From contig OZ037772.1 of the NCBI GenBank assembly GCA_964035545.1, positions 6,990,889-7,054,888 on the forward strand: DNA of 64,000 nucleotides. The letters run 5' to 3'. The position numbers were made by a program, and so were the translations under genes. This DNA is from Bugula neritina. Taxonomy: Eukaryota > Animalia > Bryozoa. The notes beneath the pieces are model-generated. The model was given only the letters and a program-made list of their open reading frames with translations. It was not told where the DNA came from and ran no database searches. Within the stretch, counting starts at the first letter, position 1, and each line of letters starts with the position of its first letter. Positions 50,835 to 64,000 of this stretch are shown in pieces.

Positions 50835-51587
50835 ATAAAAAGAAAATATTGCAGATGTTATGACTGCTAGTTTTCAGCAAAAAATTCTAACATAGAGGTT
50901 GATCAAAAGTGAAACAATTGTATTCCATAGCACATGTGCTCATGCAGCAACAACACTTCACTATTTTTGTACTCTATGTTTCAAAACATAATGTACTCAA
51001 GTCTGAAGTATTATTGAACACTAGTGTAATGAGCACATTTTCATTGAGTGATATTGGTTTACTATCTAAAATGCCTAGCAGATTACTCACACGGCACTTA
51101 ATTTGCTATTCTAACACATCTTTAGGATTGTTAAACGTGTTTTTTGCTTAATTGAGCATATACTTTATATGATAAGCTATGCTTGTATACACAATTACAG
51201 CTATACTAAATATCAAGTGCTTTGTTGAATATTCTTTGCATGTATAAGTTTTGCATTACGTTTTCTGAGCTGCAAACATTCTGAGCAATGACTATTTAAC
51301 TTAATTGAGACCATCATTCAAACATCTGCAGGCTATATTATACACACTATATTCTAATGTTTTGAACTATTTCTGTTTGAATTAATTTTCCGACAACAAC
51401 TCTATAAATTTATTATATTATCTTACTTATTGTATATAGTCTCCTTATAATAAACCACAAGTAACATATTACATTATATTCTAATTGTAAAGGTGTAATA
51501 GCCATTTCTTTGTATACTTGTGCTCTCTCAGGATTTGTGGTTGGCAAAGATTATAGTTTTTGTTGCAGCCATTTTTATACTGAGATA

Positions 51588-52277
51588 CCCTTACTTGATC
51601 AATTGACCATATATGTCCCTCAAAGCGACACTATCCACAGATCAATGGACCATATATGGTCTTTTAGGTAAATAAACAATAGGGCTTACTTTAAACTTCC
51701 AGTTTTCAACCGAAAAGCCTAAAAGTTTTGGTAATTGATGTTGATAGTCCAGCTTAGTTATTTTAGGATAATTAGAGCCATTAAATTTGGTTAAATTAAT
51801 AGCTACCAAGCCAGCTAGTTGCTTTTCAATTTAATCCCTAAATTTCAAAATTGTCAGTAAATTTTACCGCTACTTTCAAATGCAAGAAACTGCTGTCAAA
51901 TTATAGAGAGCCAGTTTATTTTTTTCAGATTACATTTAGAAGAATATCTAAATAGGCAGAAATGTTAAAGTCACTTTATTTTGAATCATATTATAAATTA
52001 ATTTTATCATTTTGAATTTTCAATTTTGAAATGGCGGTTTTTAGAGGTCAAACTAAAATGACTGATTTTAGCTAGAATTAAGGTCTCTCGTCACTTTAAG
52101 AAGCTTTTTATGAAAGAAAATACTCTTAAAATTAGAATTCCCAGTTTATTTAAGGCCAAAATCAAGTGTAACTTTTTAATAATGAAATTGAAAGTTATGC
52201 AAAATTTAATAGCAAATTTCGCGATAAACTCAAACGAGGCTTAAAATTACGTAACTTCAAAGTTGATCGCGAAAGGG
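51588..52277. mobile_element. piggyBac-type MITE, second independent insertion (gene D intron 5)
   Basis: Same family as 18478-19123. Right end GATCGCGAAAGGG-TTAA; left end eroded. Empty site ACCCTTAATCAAAA at about 30797-30810. Confidence 0.85.
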
Positions 52278-53068
52278 TTAATCAAAAATATCACAAATAA
52301 AGTAATTGTAAATAGAGTGTCAGCTGCAGGAAACCAAAAGTCAGTAGAAATTCGTTTTTACTCGTTAATTTTGGTTGCATAAATTCCTGTAATTTAGATT
52401 CTATATTCCATACACTAATATTTTAAACCATCTGAATTTATCATTTTTATCTGCATTTTTTTTCTGTTTATTTTATCAAACATAATTTATGTAGGTTTGC
52501 CGGCCTACTATATAAATCTGAACGATATAAATGACTTACTTTAAACATATTTACAACAAAGAGCAGTGAAACAACTCTATACAGCACACTGACACCTTCA
52601 TTTTAAAGTGCAAATAAACTTTTGTATAAAAAAACAAGCAAAACATCATATTATTGTCTGATTTTGAAATAGTTGCAAGTCAATAAAAATGTAAATCTTG
52701 TAGTTGTATCTCTCTTAACATATATTGATAACAGAAACTAAAACTATGTTACGGTTACTATAATTGTATATAGCTAATTTTTCCTAGTCTATAACATAAA
52801 GTTTCTGAATCGATAATTATTAATTTTTATTACCATTTTTGCTATATAGTCTATTCAGTAAATTACTGTGAGGGACGTGCCGGAATATGGAAGGGGAGAA
52901 ATAAAATATAATTCACTAAAAATATACTTTATAACTTTATGACTACAAAGAATTTTGAAACAAAGCAGATTTGAATGGCATACCTTCTATTATTATTGGG
53001 AAAAATCAACCTTATATAATATACCCCAGAAAGGCGAAAGGGTAGTTTTCTGTATGGACAGCAATTAC

Positions 53069-55103
53069 CTGTCTGTATCAGAGTTGGTGGATCAGCAAGT
53101 TCACAATCATCCACTTTATCTACATCATGTCTGTCCAGCTCTTCTGTTATTCTCTTCTTCTGTCTGATCTTCTCAGTCACATGACCATCTTTTAGCAGAC
53201 CAGTTAACTCATTTTTTGTTTTCTTCAAACAATCTGTTTTTGTCATCAGCTCAGTGTGAAAGCCTTCAACTTCAGCTGTCATTTTTTCTTTGTGGTTTCT
53301 AACTTTGTCTATCATCTCTTGACTCTCTTGCCTTATTCTTTGTATCTGGAATTTAAATCAATTTTTGTATCGTTTCTTGTCAGCTAATTGCCAGAACACT
53401 AAGCAAAGAGTTCGATGTTGACAATAACCATGATATTATTGTCTCTCAAATATATAAAGCATGAAGCTTCATATAGAGATTTGTAAATAGTGAATGCAAC
53501 CATCTCTAAAATGTCATGCAATCTGGTTAAATTTCTGGCATGTTTTTTTGAATACTTGTTTAGTATAGATTTCAACATTGCCTAAACTTTTGAATGTTTT
53601 ATTGATTTGAGAAGGCTAATAATCTTATCATGATATGATTTGCCATGAGTTAATCTTTGTTATTAAAAGAACATTTATTTTATATTGAAATACTTCCAGA
53701 AAATAATTCCATAGAATGACTGTACCCACCATCTCATCTCTAACTCTTTCTATCTCTGCTGCCATGGCTCTACATTTTTCTTCCTGAACATCTAACTCTT
53801 TCCACACTTTCTTGTCCTGGGAATACACTTTATCTATCTTCTGTGATACTGTCTCTAGCTTCCCTCTGAGATATTCATTTACTTCCACTTTCAGGGATGT
53901 AAGAGACTTCAAGTCATGTTGACCTCCATCTGAAATGTACAGACATATTTTACCACAACGTTTTTAATAATGACTGTATATGAAAAGCAATCATAATCTA
54001 TTTTTGACCAAAGTACATATTATGGTATAAGTGTAATTTTGAGATTTGTGGCGTAGCCTGAATGATATACGCAGCGCTAGAGTTGTACATTGTACCTTAA
54101 ACACTGTAAATAGTAAAGTAATGTCTTAACTGGAAAGAGTAAGCAAAACCACTGATTTTGAAATATGTTTTTTTTTTCAAAAACAAAAAAAAACACTAGA
54201 ACAATGTTTTCATCTTTTGAAACACTCATTTTAATTTTAGCCCTTTACTAAATAAAGTAGAGAGAATATTTTTTAAATTCCTCATTTTCAGGAAGCCAAA
54301 ACTATAGTGCTACTCATGCAGAAAGTGTGAAGTGTTATAATGAATATCTCCATTGTGTTGTCCGCAAAATGTAAAATACGCCTCTATGGCACCCCTAAAC
54401 ATAACATTTCTTTCAACGGTAATAATGACCAGAGGCCCTGACTATTTTTAAAACTAGCAAACTAGCAAATGCTCATTAACAGGTAATCTAGAATAATTAA
54501 TTGTCTTAAATAGTTAGTAAATTACTACAATATTACTTGTGCAATCTTCCCCATCAATCTCACACTCAAAGCAAATCAGTTTATCACATTTCTTGCAAGC
54601 TCTCACCAGAACCTCTTTATGGTGTTCACATGTTGGTTTGTTGAAGTTTGTTGGTGAGCTCTTGTAGATATCAATATCCACTACTTTATGAGAGTCCCCA
54701 AGAAATGTCTTATGGACCTATAGTAATTTTTATGAAAATCAATATAAAATAACACATTTGCATTGGCAAAATTATCAAAGGACCAAGTTCATTCACACAG
54801 ATATACATACATCAAACTTTGTACTATAGCATGTTATTAAATTCACTCATTCATTTTGTTTGCAAAGCAACTTGAATCATAAACAATATTTTGATGTTGT
54901 GAATGAATTAACTTAGAGATGCAGTAGTTGAACTATAATATACCTGCTGATGTTGAATGCAGAACATAACTTCACACTTCACACAGTAGCATGTAGCTAT
55001 TTGACCTTGACATCCATCAGCTGTGCAGTACAGAGTATCAGAGTCACCAGATTCTGTGGTAACCTTTGGTAGACCTTCAATCTCTAGTGCGTCATACAAT
55101 TCC
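53069..55103 (-). pseudogene. TRIM gene D: exons 2-5 only (B-box, B-box, coiled coil); RING and propeller exons missing
   Basis: Exons 54944-55103, 54537-54717, 53730-53929 and 53069-53345 have canonical sizes and open frames. Intron 1 runs into a Gypsy fragment at about 55362 and intron 5 into an LTR at 50834. Confidence 0.85.
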
Positions 55104-55361
55104 CTGTAACATATCATTGAGTTAACTATGCAGCTATAGAACATTTTTGTGTGCAGGTCACTTCATATATCATATTTCAGAAGTAACAGTTCATCCTGTA
55201 ATCACTTGTTGACTTTAATTGCCTAAAATTGGAACTTCTGAGAATATTATTCAAATTACTCAGTATAATTATACAACTCAGTCATGGACATTTGGGTGTA
55301 GCAATTGAAAATTCTTCAATAGAGAATAACTATTTTAATACGCACTTATCAGATACTTCTC

Positions 55362-56780
55362 CATTGAGGTTCTTGGGGCCTGCTGGGTTATGGAACGATT
55401 CTCCCAGTGCATTTCAAGAATGAAGATGCTTTCATAGAAACTGATCATCCGCATCTTATGACTGTCTTTGGAAAAATTAGATAGGTTACCAGCTCGAATA
55501 CAGAGATTCAAGATTTGCCTACACTGATTTACTTATGAAATTACATATGTGAAAGAGTCAAGAAATATAACAGCAAATACTCTGTCTAGGAACACATGTT
55601 GCACACCACAAGACACAGATTATGTTAGAATTGAAAATATTGAACAACATGTAAAGAAGATGATAGTACTAAATGGCTCTGAGCAATAGTTAGAAGTTTT
55701 GCAGAAAGAACAAGGCGGAGATTCTGTGCTCTCTAGAGTTATCAGGTTTGTAGAAACTGAATGGCCTCCCTCTCTCCCATCAGCATATACATTGATCAGG
55801 CCGTTTTATGACAGGAAATTGTTGCACACTATGAATAAGGGATTCTTGATGCTATTAAATAAACTAGTTAATCCTTTATCTCAGAGAAACCAGGTGATGC
55901 AGGATCTCCATCGAGGGCATCTCGGCATCAGTAAATGTTTATCTAGAGCAAGAAACAACCTGTGGTGGCCGTCAATGTCTAATGTTATTGAAGAAATGAT
56001 AAAGTGATGTGCAAAATGTCAATCAAGAACTAAAGTAGCAAGAGAGCCCTGAGACCTACTGTAATGCTTACTAAGCCATGTCAGACGCTTTGTACAGATA
56101 TTCTTTAGTACCAAGGCTAAATGTATTTAATAGTGATCTACTGCTATTCAAAGTACTCTGAATTTGTACTCTTAAATGCAGCTAATTTCACATCGGTGGG
56201 AGCTATATCAATCATGAAGTCCATGTTTTCTAGACATGGCATCCCAGAGTTGGTGGTATCTGATAATGGACCACAGTATGCCAGCCAGGAATTTATTGCA
56301 TTTGCGGAGGACTATGGGTTTTAGCATGTTACAAGCAGTCCACACTATGTTAAAGCAAACGGAACAGCAGAACGTGTATTACAGAGTATTAAGAACATGT
56401 TAAAGAAGAAACAAGATTTGTATTTGGCATTGTTAGCTTATCGTTTCTCTCTGCTAATCGAGATGTATTTTTCAGCAGAGCTTTTTATTTGGGCGTGAAC
56501 TATGCACAACGTTGGTAATACACCCTGATGATCTGTGATCAAAGTTACCAGACCATGACAGCTTTAAGGTAGCTAACAACCAATACAAATCCAAATTGAA
56601 AGACAATAATGATAAGAAGCCAAAGATAAAATCCTTCAAGCCACATGTAGAGGAAAAGCGGGTTCTTGGTAGAGATACCACCAGAGAAAGACTAACAAGT
56701 GGGCAACTATATGAAATATCACGCAAAGTTGAAATAATTACTGAGACAGGAAATTTTGCTAGAGTAGGTTTTATGTAATA
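55362..56780 (+). mobile_element. Degenerate Gypsy pol fragment (RNase H end to integrase)
   Basis: IETDH, LHRGHLGISKCLSRARNNLWWP, FSRHGIPELVVSDNGPQY and NGTAER, with many stops. No LTR recognised. Confidence 0.85.
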
Positions 56781-57786
56781 CACTTGTCATCCCGCATATA
56801 CCTGGGGAATCTAAGAGATCTATTCGGTTTAATAATTATGAGTGTTGCTGCCGTTAACATGAGCATAAACAAAAAAGATTACTATGATTATACAAATGGG
56901 ATCATAAACCTTCGCTACATCACTATTTAATCACCAACATAAATCAAGTCAAAATACTGAAGCAAAAATTAAAAAGTTTTGAAGCACCTTTCAAATAATT
57001 TTAATTCTTCAACTAAAAAAATTGCTGTAAAAAATACAAATATTAAAAAATTGTTCTAACATGATTTGATAGCAAAATTTAAAAGAGGTTTTAGTTTATT
57101 ATTCGGTTCAACAAACTTTGCATTTTTATTGCTCACTGGCAAAAACATTATTGAAGTTTGAATAAATAAAATTTTACTTCACACAGAAGCAGCTAAGGTA
57201 AAACACTCAAATAGTTAATGATCAATAATTAATCAAACTGCTGTGATATTACCCACCAAAACAGCAATTAGATAGCCTTAAAACATAATTCATCAGTGAT
57301 TGTGCAAATGAAATAATTTGCAGAGTTGAAGTCTAATTTCATAGCATGTTTGTTTAAAATTAACAAAATTGTAGAATTTTTGCCCAAATAACTAGGAAAA
57401 GCTGATCTATCCAAAAATCATAATCATAGTTACCATATAATCAAATGCAGGCTGTAGACCATTATAAAAAGAAGATAATTTATCATCATTCTATACTACT
57501 AGTTTTCATTTTTCACTCAATGAACATATATTATATTTTTCAAAATACAAATCGATATATGTAGGTTCAACATTTATGAGTTGCAGGCATGATTGTACAA
57601 ATTGAATGGCATGAAGATTTTAAAAAAGTTATGTGATTCAGCATCTCAATATAATATAATAAATTTTTGAGGAAAAAAAGCAGATTCAGTAAAAAGATCT
57701 GGTCAACATGAAGCATAGCCTACAATCTTACCTCGGGGGTAATTGTATAGCATGGAGAGTCCTATCGCCAGCCTAAATCATACAGA

Positions 57787-57928
<142 letters not shown>

Positions 57929-58554
57929 AAAGCAATTATTACTTTCTTATATGTTAATAGCATTTGAAAAAGTTTTTTTTTCTGACAATAATGATGAATT
58001 GTGCCATACTTTAGAAGTGTTACACTAATTTTCAACATAATTAAGCTGTTATTTATTATGCTAGTAGACATATTAATTCATAAACAACAAATAGTTTTGC
58101 AATCGTGAGGATTTTATTAGGATATAATATTTTATTGACATAGTATAAATCACAAGCAAATGATGAACCATTTTTAGGCATTGCAATTGGACATATATAC
58201 TCACGGTGTAACATTATAAAACAAATTTGGTATTAAAAGAATCTTTCAGATGTTTAGTAATTATAAGTATTACAATATGTTGCATTAAGATATGCATATA
58301 CACTTATAGCCATTACGAATTTATAGCGATACATGAAATATATAAGATGTAATAATAATACTACATTTTTTTTTATATAATACTAAACATGTTATTTTAG
58401 TTAAAGGGCAGAAGGTTTGAAGAAGCTACATAAACAGATGTGCAGTTTCATGACAAGATGGAAATATTTTTTTAAAGTTCTATATATAAGTCAAATAACC
58501 AACAGGCAATAATCAACAATCAGCAGCTAGTTCAATTGACAACTTCAAACAAGT

Positions 58555-61500
58555 TCAGGTTGTTATTTTGAAGAGATACAGCTTCCTGTCATCCCAACCA
58601 GGTACAGCCAGTATTCCATCTCTGATACTCGGTACTCCGGCAAATACAGTTGGTAACTTATCATGAGTCAGTGTCTTGAGAGGAGCACCTGTTTATTAGA
58701 TACACAAAATACAGTAGTAATGATGTTGAATTACACTAAGTTTTATACAGCAAAATAAAAACATCTGCTACATTATAGCAATACTTTATGAACCAAGAAT
58801 TATATTATTCATTCAATAAAAGTTTGATATGTTACATAACATTTCAGTAAAATTAGTGTTATTTCCAACTTAAGTTTGGCTCGAAGCTCATATATCCAAT
58901 ACACTTTAATTTATCCATCTTTTGTATTTAGGGGTTCTCACTTGTTTCTATATATTTTATCTATAATGCCTGAATGATATATTCTAATTGATTTTTATTA
59001 CAAACGGTACCTGATAGAGAAATGATATGAATGGATTTCAAGCTTTTTCCGGAAACATAGATGAAACCATTAGAATCTGTCCAGACACTGTATCCTTCTT
59101 TTACATCATCACATGTCCAGACTGTAGTCAGCTTTCCATTCTCTACTTTGTACTTTATCAGTTTATATCCATCAACTCCTAGCAGATGACCATCTGGTAG
59201 AAAGTGTAGACCAATTGGATACACATCAGGATGAATAGTCTCTGTCTGTTTAGTGATGAAGTCATAGATGATCAGCTGTTTAGTATCTGGAGGATTCACC
59301 ACAACATATCTGTCAGAGACTGCCATTACTGGTACCTTGTTATTTGTTCTATCAAACTGAAACAGTTGTTGTCTCTTTGTGATGTCACCAGCTAGACACA
59401 TCTCTACCTTATCTATGTCACCTTCTCTGTGTAGAATGAAGACATTCTGAGGAGTCTCAATTAGTCCTGTTACTCTCTTCTCACTTGTACTGTATTCACT
59501 CAGCTCATTACCATCTCTACTCAGTAACTGTATTCCATTATCAGTACCTATGAGTATGTCACCATCTTGTCTGTGATTGGCTGAGTAACACCACCCACTT
59601 GTCTCATGTTCAGATATGAATGTCAGTGAAGAAGGAACTAGACTGATGTTTAGTAGTCTACTTGTGTCCTCACCTTTAATATATAATATAAAACTGGTCA
59701 TTTATGTGTATGTATGCATCTGACTAGTCATTCTTATGCAAAATAATTTTGCAAGCTTATTTTAAATTTATCAAGTAGACTAGAAACTTTTACAAATAGT
59801 AGTTTAACCTAGATTTTACAGTGTGCTTTTCAAATTATTATTCAAATTGAAAGCCGCCTACATTTTTGGTATTATCGAAATTTATAAAAAATTTAAAACG
59901 TCATTGTGCCATTTTTATATTATATTGTGGTTTTATATTATCATTGTCATATAGAAGTAACTCAGTTCAATTTATATTAATCTGTATCCGCCTTTGGTTA
60001 GATCGAAAAAGAAGATTTGGTTCATAAAAAGAAATTATTGCAGATGTTATGACTGCTAGTTTTCAGCAAGAGATTCTAACATAGAGGTTGATCAAGAATG
60101 AAACAATTGTATTCCATATGACATGTGCTCATGCAGCAACAACACTTTACTATTATTGTACTCTATGTTTCAAAATATATTGTACTCAAGTATTATTGAA
60201 CACTAGTGTAATGAGCACATTTTCATTGAGTGATATTGGTTTACTATAGAAAATTCCTATATATAGCAGATCACTCACATGGCACTTAAATTGTTATTCT
60301 AACCCATCTTTAAGATTGTTAAATGTGTTTTTTTGCTTAAGTGAGCAGTTAATTTATTTAATAAGCTTTGCTTGTAAATATAATTGCAGTTAGTAAACCT
60401 CAAGTGCTTTGTTGGATATCGTTTGCGCATGCATAAGTTTCACATTAAATTTTCTGGGCTGCAAAAATTCTGAGCAATGATTATAATTTATTTGAGATTA
60501 TTATTCAAAAATATGCAGGCTATATTATTTTATATACGTTATATTATAATGTTTTGAACTATTTTTGTTTAAATGATTCTTTAGACAAAAAACCTATAAT
60601 ATTTTTATATTATCTGACGTATTGTATAGTCTCCTTATAATTAACCACAAGTAAATTATATTATACTCTCATTCTAAAGATGTATTAGTCCTCTCTTTGT
60701 TTACCTGGGCTATCTCAGGCTTGGTGGTTGACAAGGATAAAATTTTGTTGCAGCCAATTTTATACTGAGATACTCTTAATCAAAAATCTCACAAATATAG
60801 TAATCTTAAATAGAGTGTCAGCTGCAGGAAACCAAAAGTCAGTAGAAATTTGTTTTTACTCGTTAATTTTGGTTGCATAAATTCCTGTAATTTAGATTTT
60901 ATATTCCATACACTAATATTTTAAACCATCTGAATTTATCATTTTTATCCGCATTTTCTTTCTGCATGTTTACTTTTTCAAACATAATTTATGTAGGTTT
61001 GCCGGCCTACTACATAAATCTGAACGATATAAATGACTTACTTTAAACATATCTAAAACAAAGAGCAGTGAAAGAATTCTATACAGCAAACTGACACCTT
61101 CATTTCGTGCAAATAAAATTTTGTATAAAAAAACAAGCAAAACATCATATTATTGTCTGATTTTGAAATAGTTGCAAGTCAATAAAAATGTAAATCTTGT
61201 AGTTGTATCTCTCTTAACAGATATTGATAACAGAAACTGAAACTATGTTGTGGTTACTATAATTATATATAGCTAATTTTTCCCAGTCTACATAGAGTTT
61301 CTGAATTGATAATTATTAATTTTTATTACCATTTTTGCTATAGTCTATTCAGTAAATTACTGTGCAGGACCTGCCAAAATATGGAGGGGAGAAATAAAAT
61401 ATACATTACTCACTAACAATATGCTTTATAACTTTATGACTACAAAGCACTTTGAAACAAAGCAGATTTGCATTGCATACCTCCTATTATTATTGGGAAG

Positions 61501-63867
61501 AAACAACCTCATATATACCCTAGAAAGGCATAAGATTAGTTTTCTGTGTTGACAGCTTACCTGTGTGTATCAGAGTTGGTGGATCAGCAAGTTCACAATC
61601 ATCCAGTTTATCTGCATCATGTCTCTCCAGCTCTTCTGTTATTCTCTTCTTCTGTCTGATCTTCTCAGTCACATGACCATCTTTTAGCAGCCCAGTTAAC
61701 TCAGCTTGAGTTTTTTTCAACCCATCTTCTTTTTTCATCAGCTTGGTGTGAAAACCTTCAACCTTGCCTGTCAAATTTTCTTTGTGGTTTCTAACTTTGT
61801 CTATCATCTCTTGACTCTCCTGCCTTATTCTTTGTATCTGGAATTAATAATCAATTTTTTCACCGTTTCTTGTCAGCTAATTTCCAGAACACTGAACAGA
61901 GAAGATTGAATGTTGACAATAACCATTATATTATTGTCTCAAATATATAAAACATGAAGCTTCATATAGGGATTTGTAAATAGTAAATACAACCATCTCT
62001 AATATGTCATGCAATCTGGCTAACTTTCTGGCATGTTTTTTTGAAAACTTGTTTATAGTAGATTTCCACATTGCCTTATTTCATGAATGTTTTTTGCTTT
62101 GAGAAGGCTAATAATCTTATCATGATATGATTTGCCATTAGGCAATTTTTTGTTATAAAGAGAACAAGGATTTTATATTGAAATACTTCCAGAAAATAAT
62201 TCCATATATAGAATGACTGTACCCACCATCTCATCTCTAACTCTTTCTATCTCTGCTGTCATGACTCCACATTTCTCTTCCTGAACATCCAACTCTCTCC
62301 ACGCCTTCTTGTCCAGAGAATACACTTCATCTATTTTTTGTGAAACTCTCTCCAGTTTACCTCTGAGATACTCATTCACTTCCACTTTCAGGGATGTAAG
62401 AGACTTGAAGTCATGTTGACCTCCATCTACAATGTACATCAAAATCTTACCACAACATTCTTTATTCCTGACTGTATATGAAAAGCTATCATATACGCTA
62501 TTTTTTGATAAAAGTACACTTTATAAGTGTACTTTTGAGATATGATGTTCAGCATAGCTTGGATAATATACAGTATTAGGGTTGTATTGTACTCAAAACA
62601 CTTTAAATAGTAAAGTAATGTATGCCTTAACTGGAAAGAGTAAACAAAACAACTGACTTCCAAATACATTTTTTTCAAGAAAAAAGAAAAAACATTATAG
62701 AACAATCGTTTTGCCTTTTTGAAATACTTTTTTTTAATCTTAGCCATTTACAAAATAAAGAAGAAAAAATATGTTTCAAATTCCTTATTTTTAGAAGGCC
62801 AAAACTAGTGCTACTCAGAAAGTGTGAAGTGTTATAATGAATATCTCCATTGTGTTATCCACAAAATGCCAACTAAGCCTATATGGCACCACTAAACATA
62901 CCAAGAACGCCTTCATGATGACAATGACCAGAAGCCTTAGCTACTTTTAAAACTCTGGCAAAATTTTCTTGTGCATCATAGGAAATATAATATGCTTTTA
63001 GTAAATGCTTGACTATTTTCAAGTACAGATATTACAGACATAATTTCTTATAACTCAACCACCTTTACCAGCTTTTTAAAAGTCATCATTATTAATTTAT
63101 TAAAATTCAATGTGAAGTAGTTAAAGTAACTGAAGAACATCACATGTGTTATAGTCAGCTCATGAGTACAGCTGGTGATACTGTAAGAAGGAGCAATTAG
63201 CGCTTCAACTTCTGTGGTTTCTTAACAACTGATCATTAACAGGTAATCTACAATAATTAACTTTCCTCTAATAGTTGGTATAACTTATAAGTTACTACAA
63301 TATTACCTGTACAATCTTCTTCATCAATCTCACATTCAAAGCAGATCAGTTTATCACACTTCTTGCAAGCTCTCACCAAAACTTCTTTATGGTGTTCACA
63401 TGTTGGTTTATTGAAGTTTGTTGGTGAGCTCTTGTAGACATCAATACTCACTACTTTGTGAGAATCCCCAAGAAATGTCTTATGAACCTATAGTAGTTTT
63501 TGTGAAAATCAATATAAATAACATATTCACATTGGCAAACTTATCAAAGAATCAAATTTCTTCACGCAGATATAATATATACTTCAGCATTTGTACTATA
63601 TAACATATTGTAGATTTCATTTAATGATTTTGTCTATAAAGCAAGTAGAACCATTACCATTAATATTGTAAATAAATCAATTTGGAGATGCAGTAGTTGA
63701 ACTATACCTGTTGATGTTGAGTACAGAACATAACTTCACACTTTACACAGTAGCATGTAGCTATTTGACCTTGACATCCATCAGCTGTGCAGTACAGAGT
63801 ACCAGAGTCACCAGAGTCTATGGTAACCTTTGGTAGACCTTCAATCTCCAGTGAGTCGTAAACTTTC
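58555..63867 (-). CDS. TRIM gene E, exons 2-7 intact (RING exon expected beyond window end)
   Basis: Exons 63708-63867, 63307-63487, 62227-62426, 61561-61837, 59011-59673, 58555-58688. All introns GT-AG with canonical sizes and open frames; ends KLYLFKITT*. Confidence 0.88.
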
Positions 63868-64000
63868 CTGTAACATATTATTGAGTTTAACAATACAGCT
63901 TTTGGACAGTTGTGTGTGCATGTACAGGTCACTTTATATATCATGTTTTGGAAGTAACAGCCCATCCTATAATCACTTGTTGACGGTAATTGTTTAAAAT

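Overview
AT-rich eukaryotic (invertebrate-like animal; lineage not determinable from sequence alone) genomic window dominated by a tandem, head-to-tail minus-strand array of 7-exon TRIM-type genes (RING, B-box, B-box, coiled coil, six-bladed NHL-like beta-propeller). The short RING exon is absent from the supplied ORF track. Exon sizes and phases are conserved across copies: 164/170, 160, 181, 200, 277, 663-672 and 134/140 nt. I reconstruct two complete intact genes (A 4093-9192, 599 aa; C 28401-40017, 596 aa), one intact gene whose RING exon lies beyond the window end (E 58555-63867), and one gene with a single homopolymer frameshift (B 15333-20673). There are also two partial genes (copy 0 at 1029-1524; D at 53069-55103) and three orphan fragments (13039-13945, 26393-27216, 44142-44262). 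The copies are mosaics of one another. The propeller exon has hypervariable residues at predicted top-face loop positions inside a nearly invariant scaffold, and ISRE/IRF-like and kappaB-like motifs lie upstream of several copies. Together this suggests a birth-and-death, recombination-diversified family of intracellular recognition E3 ligases (function is inference). The array is heavily invaded by transposons: one full-length two-LTR Gypsy, three truncated Gypsy pieces, mariner remnants, hAT, piggyBac and CACTA-like non-autonomous elements, and a Penelope GIY-YIG fragment. It also contains (TA)n microsatellites and de novo palindromes.
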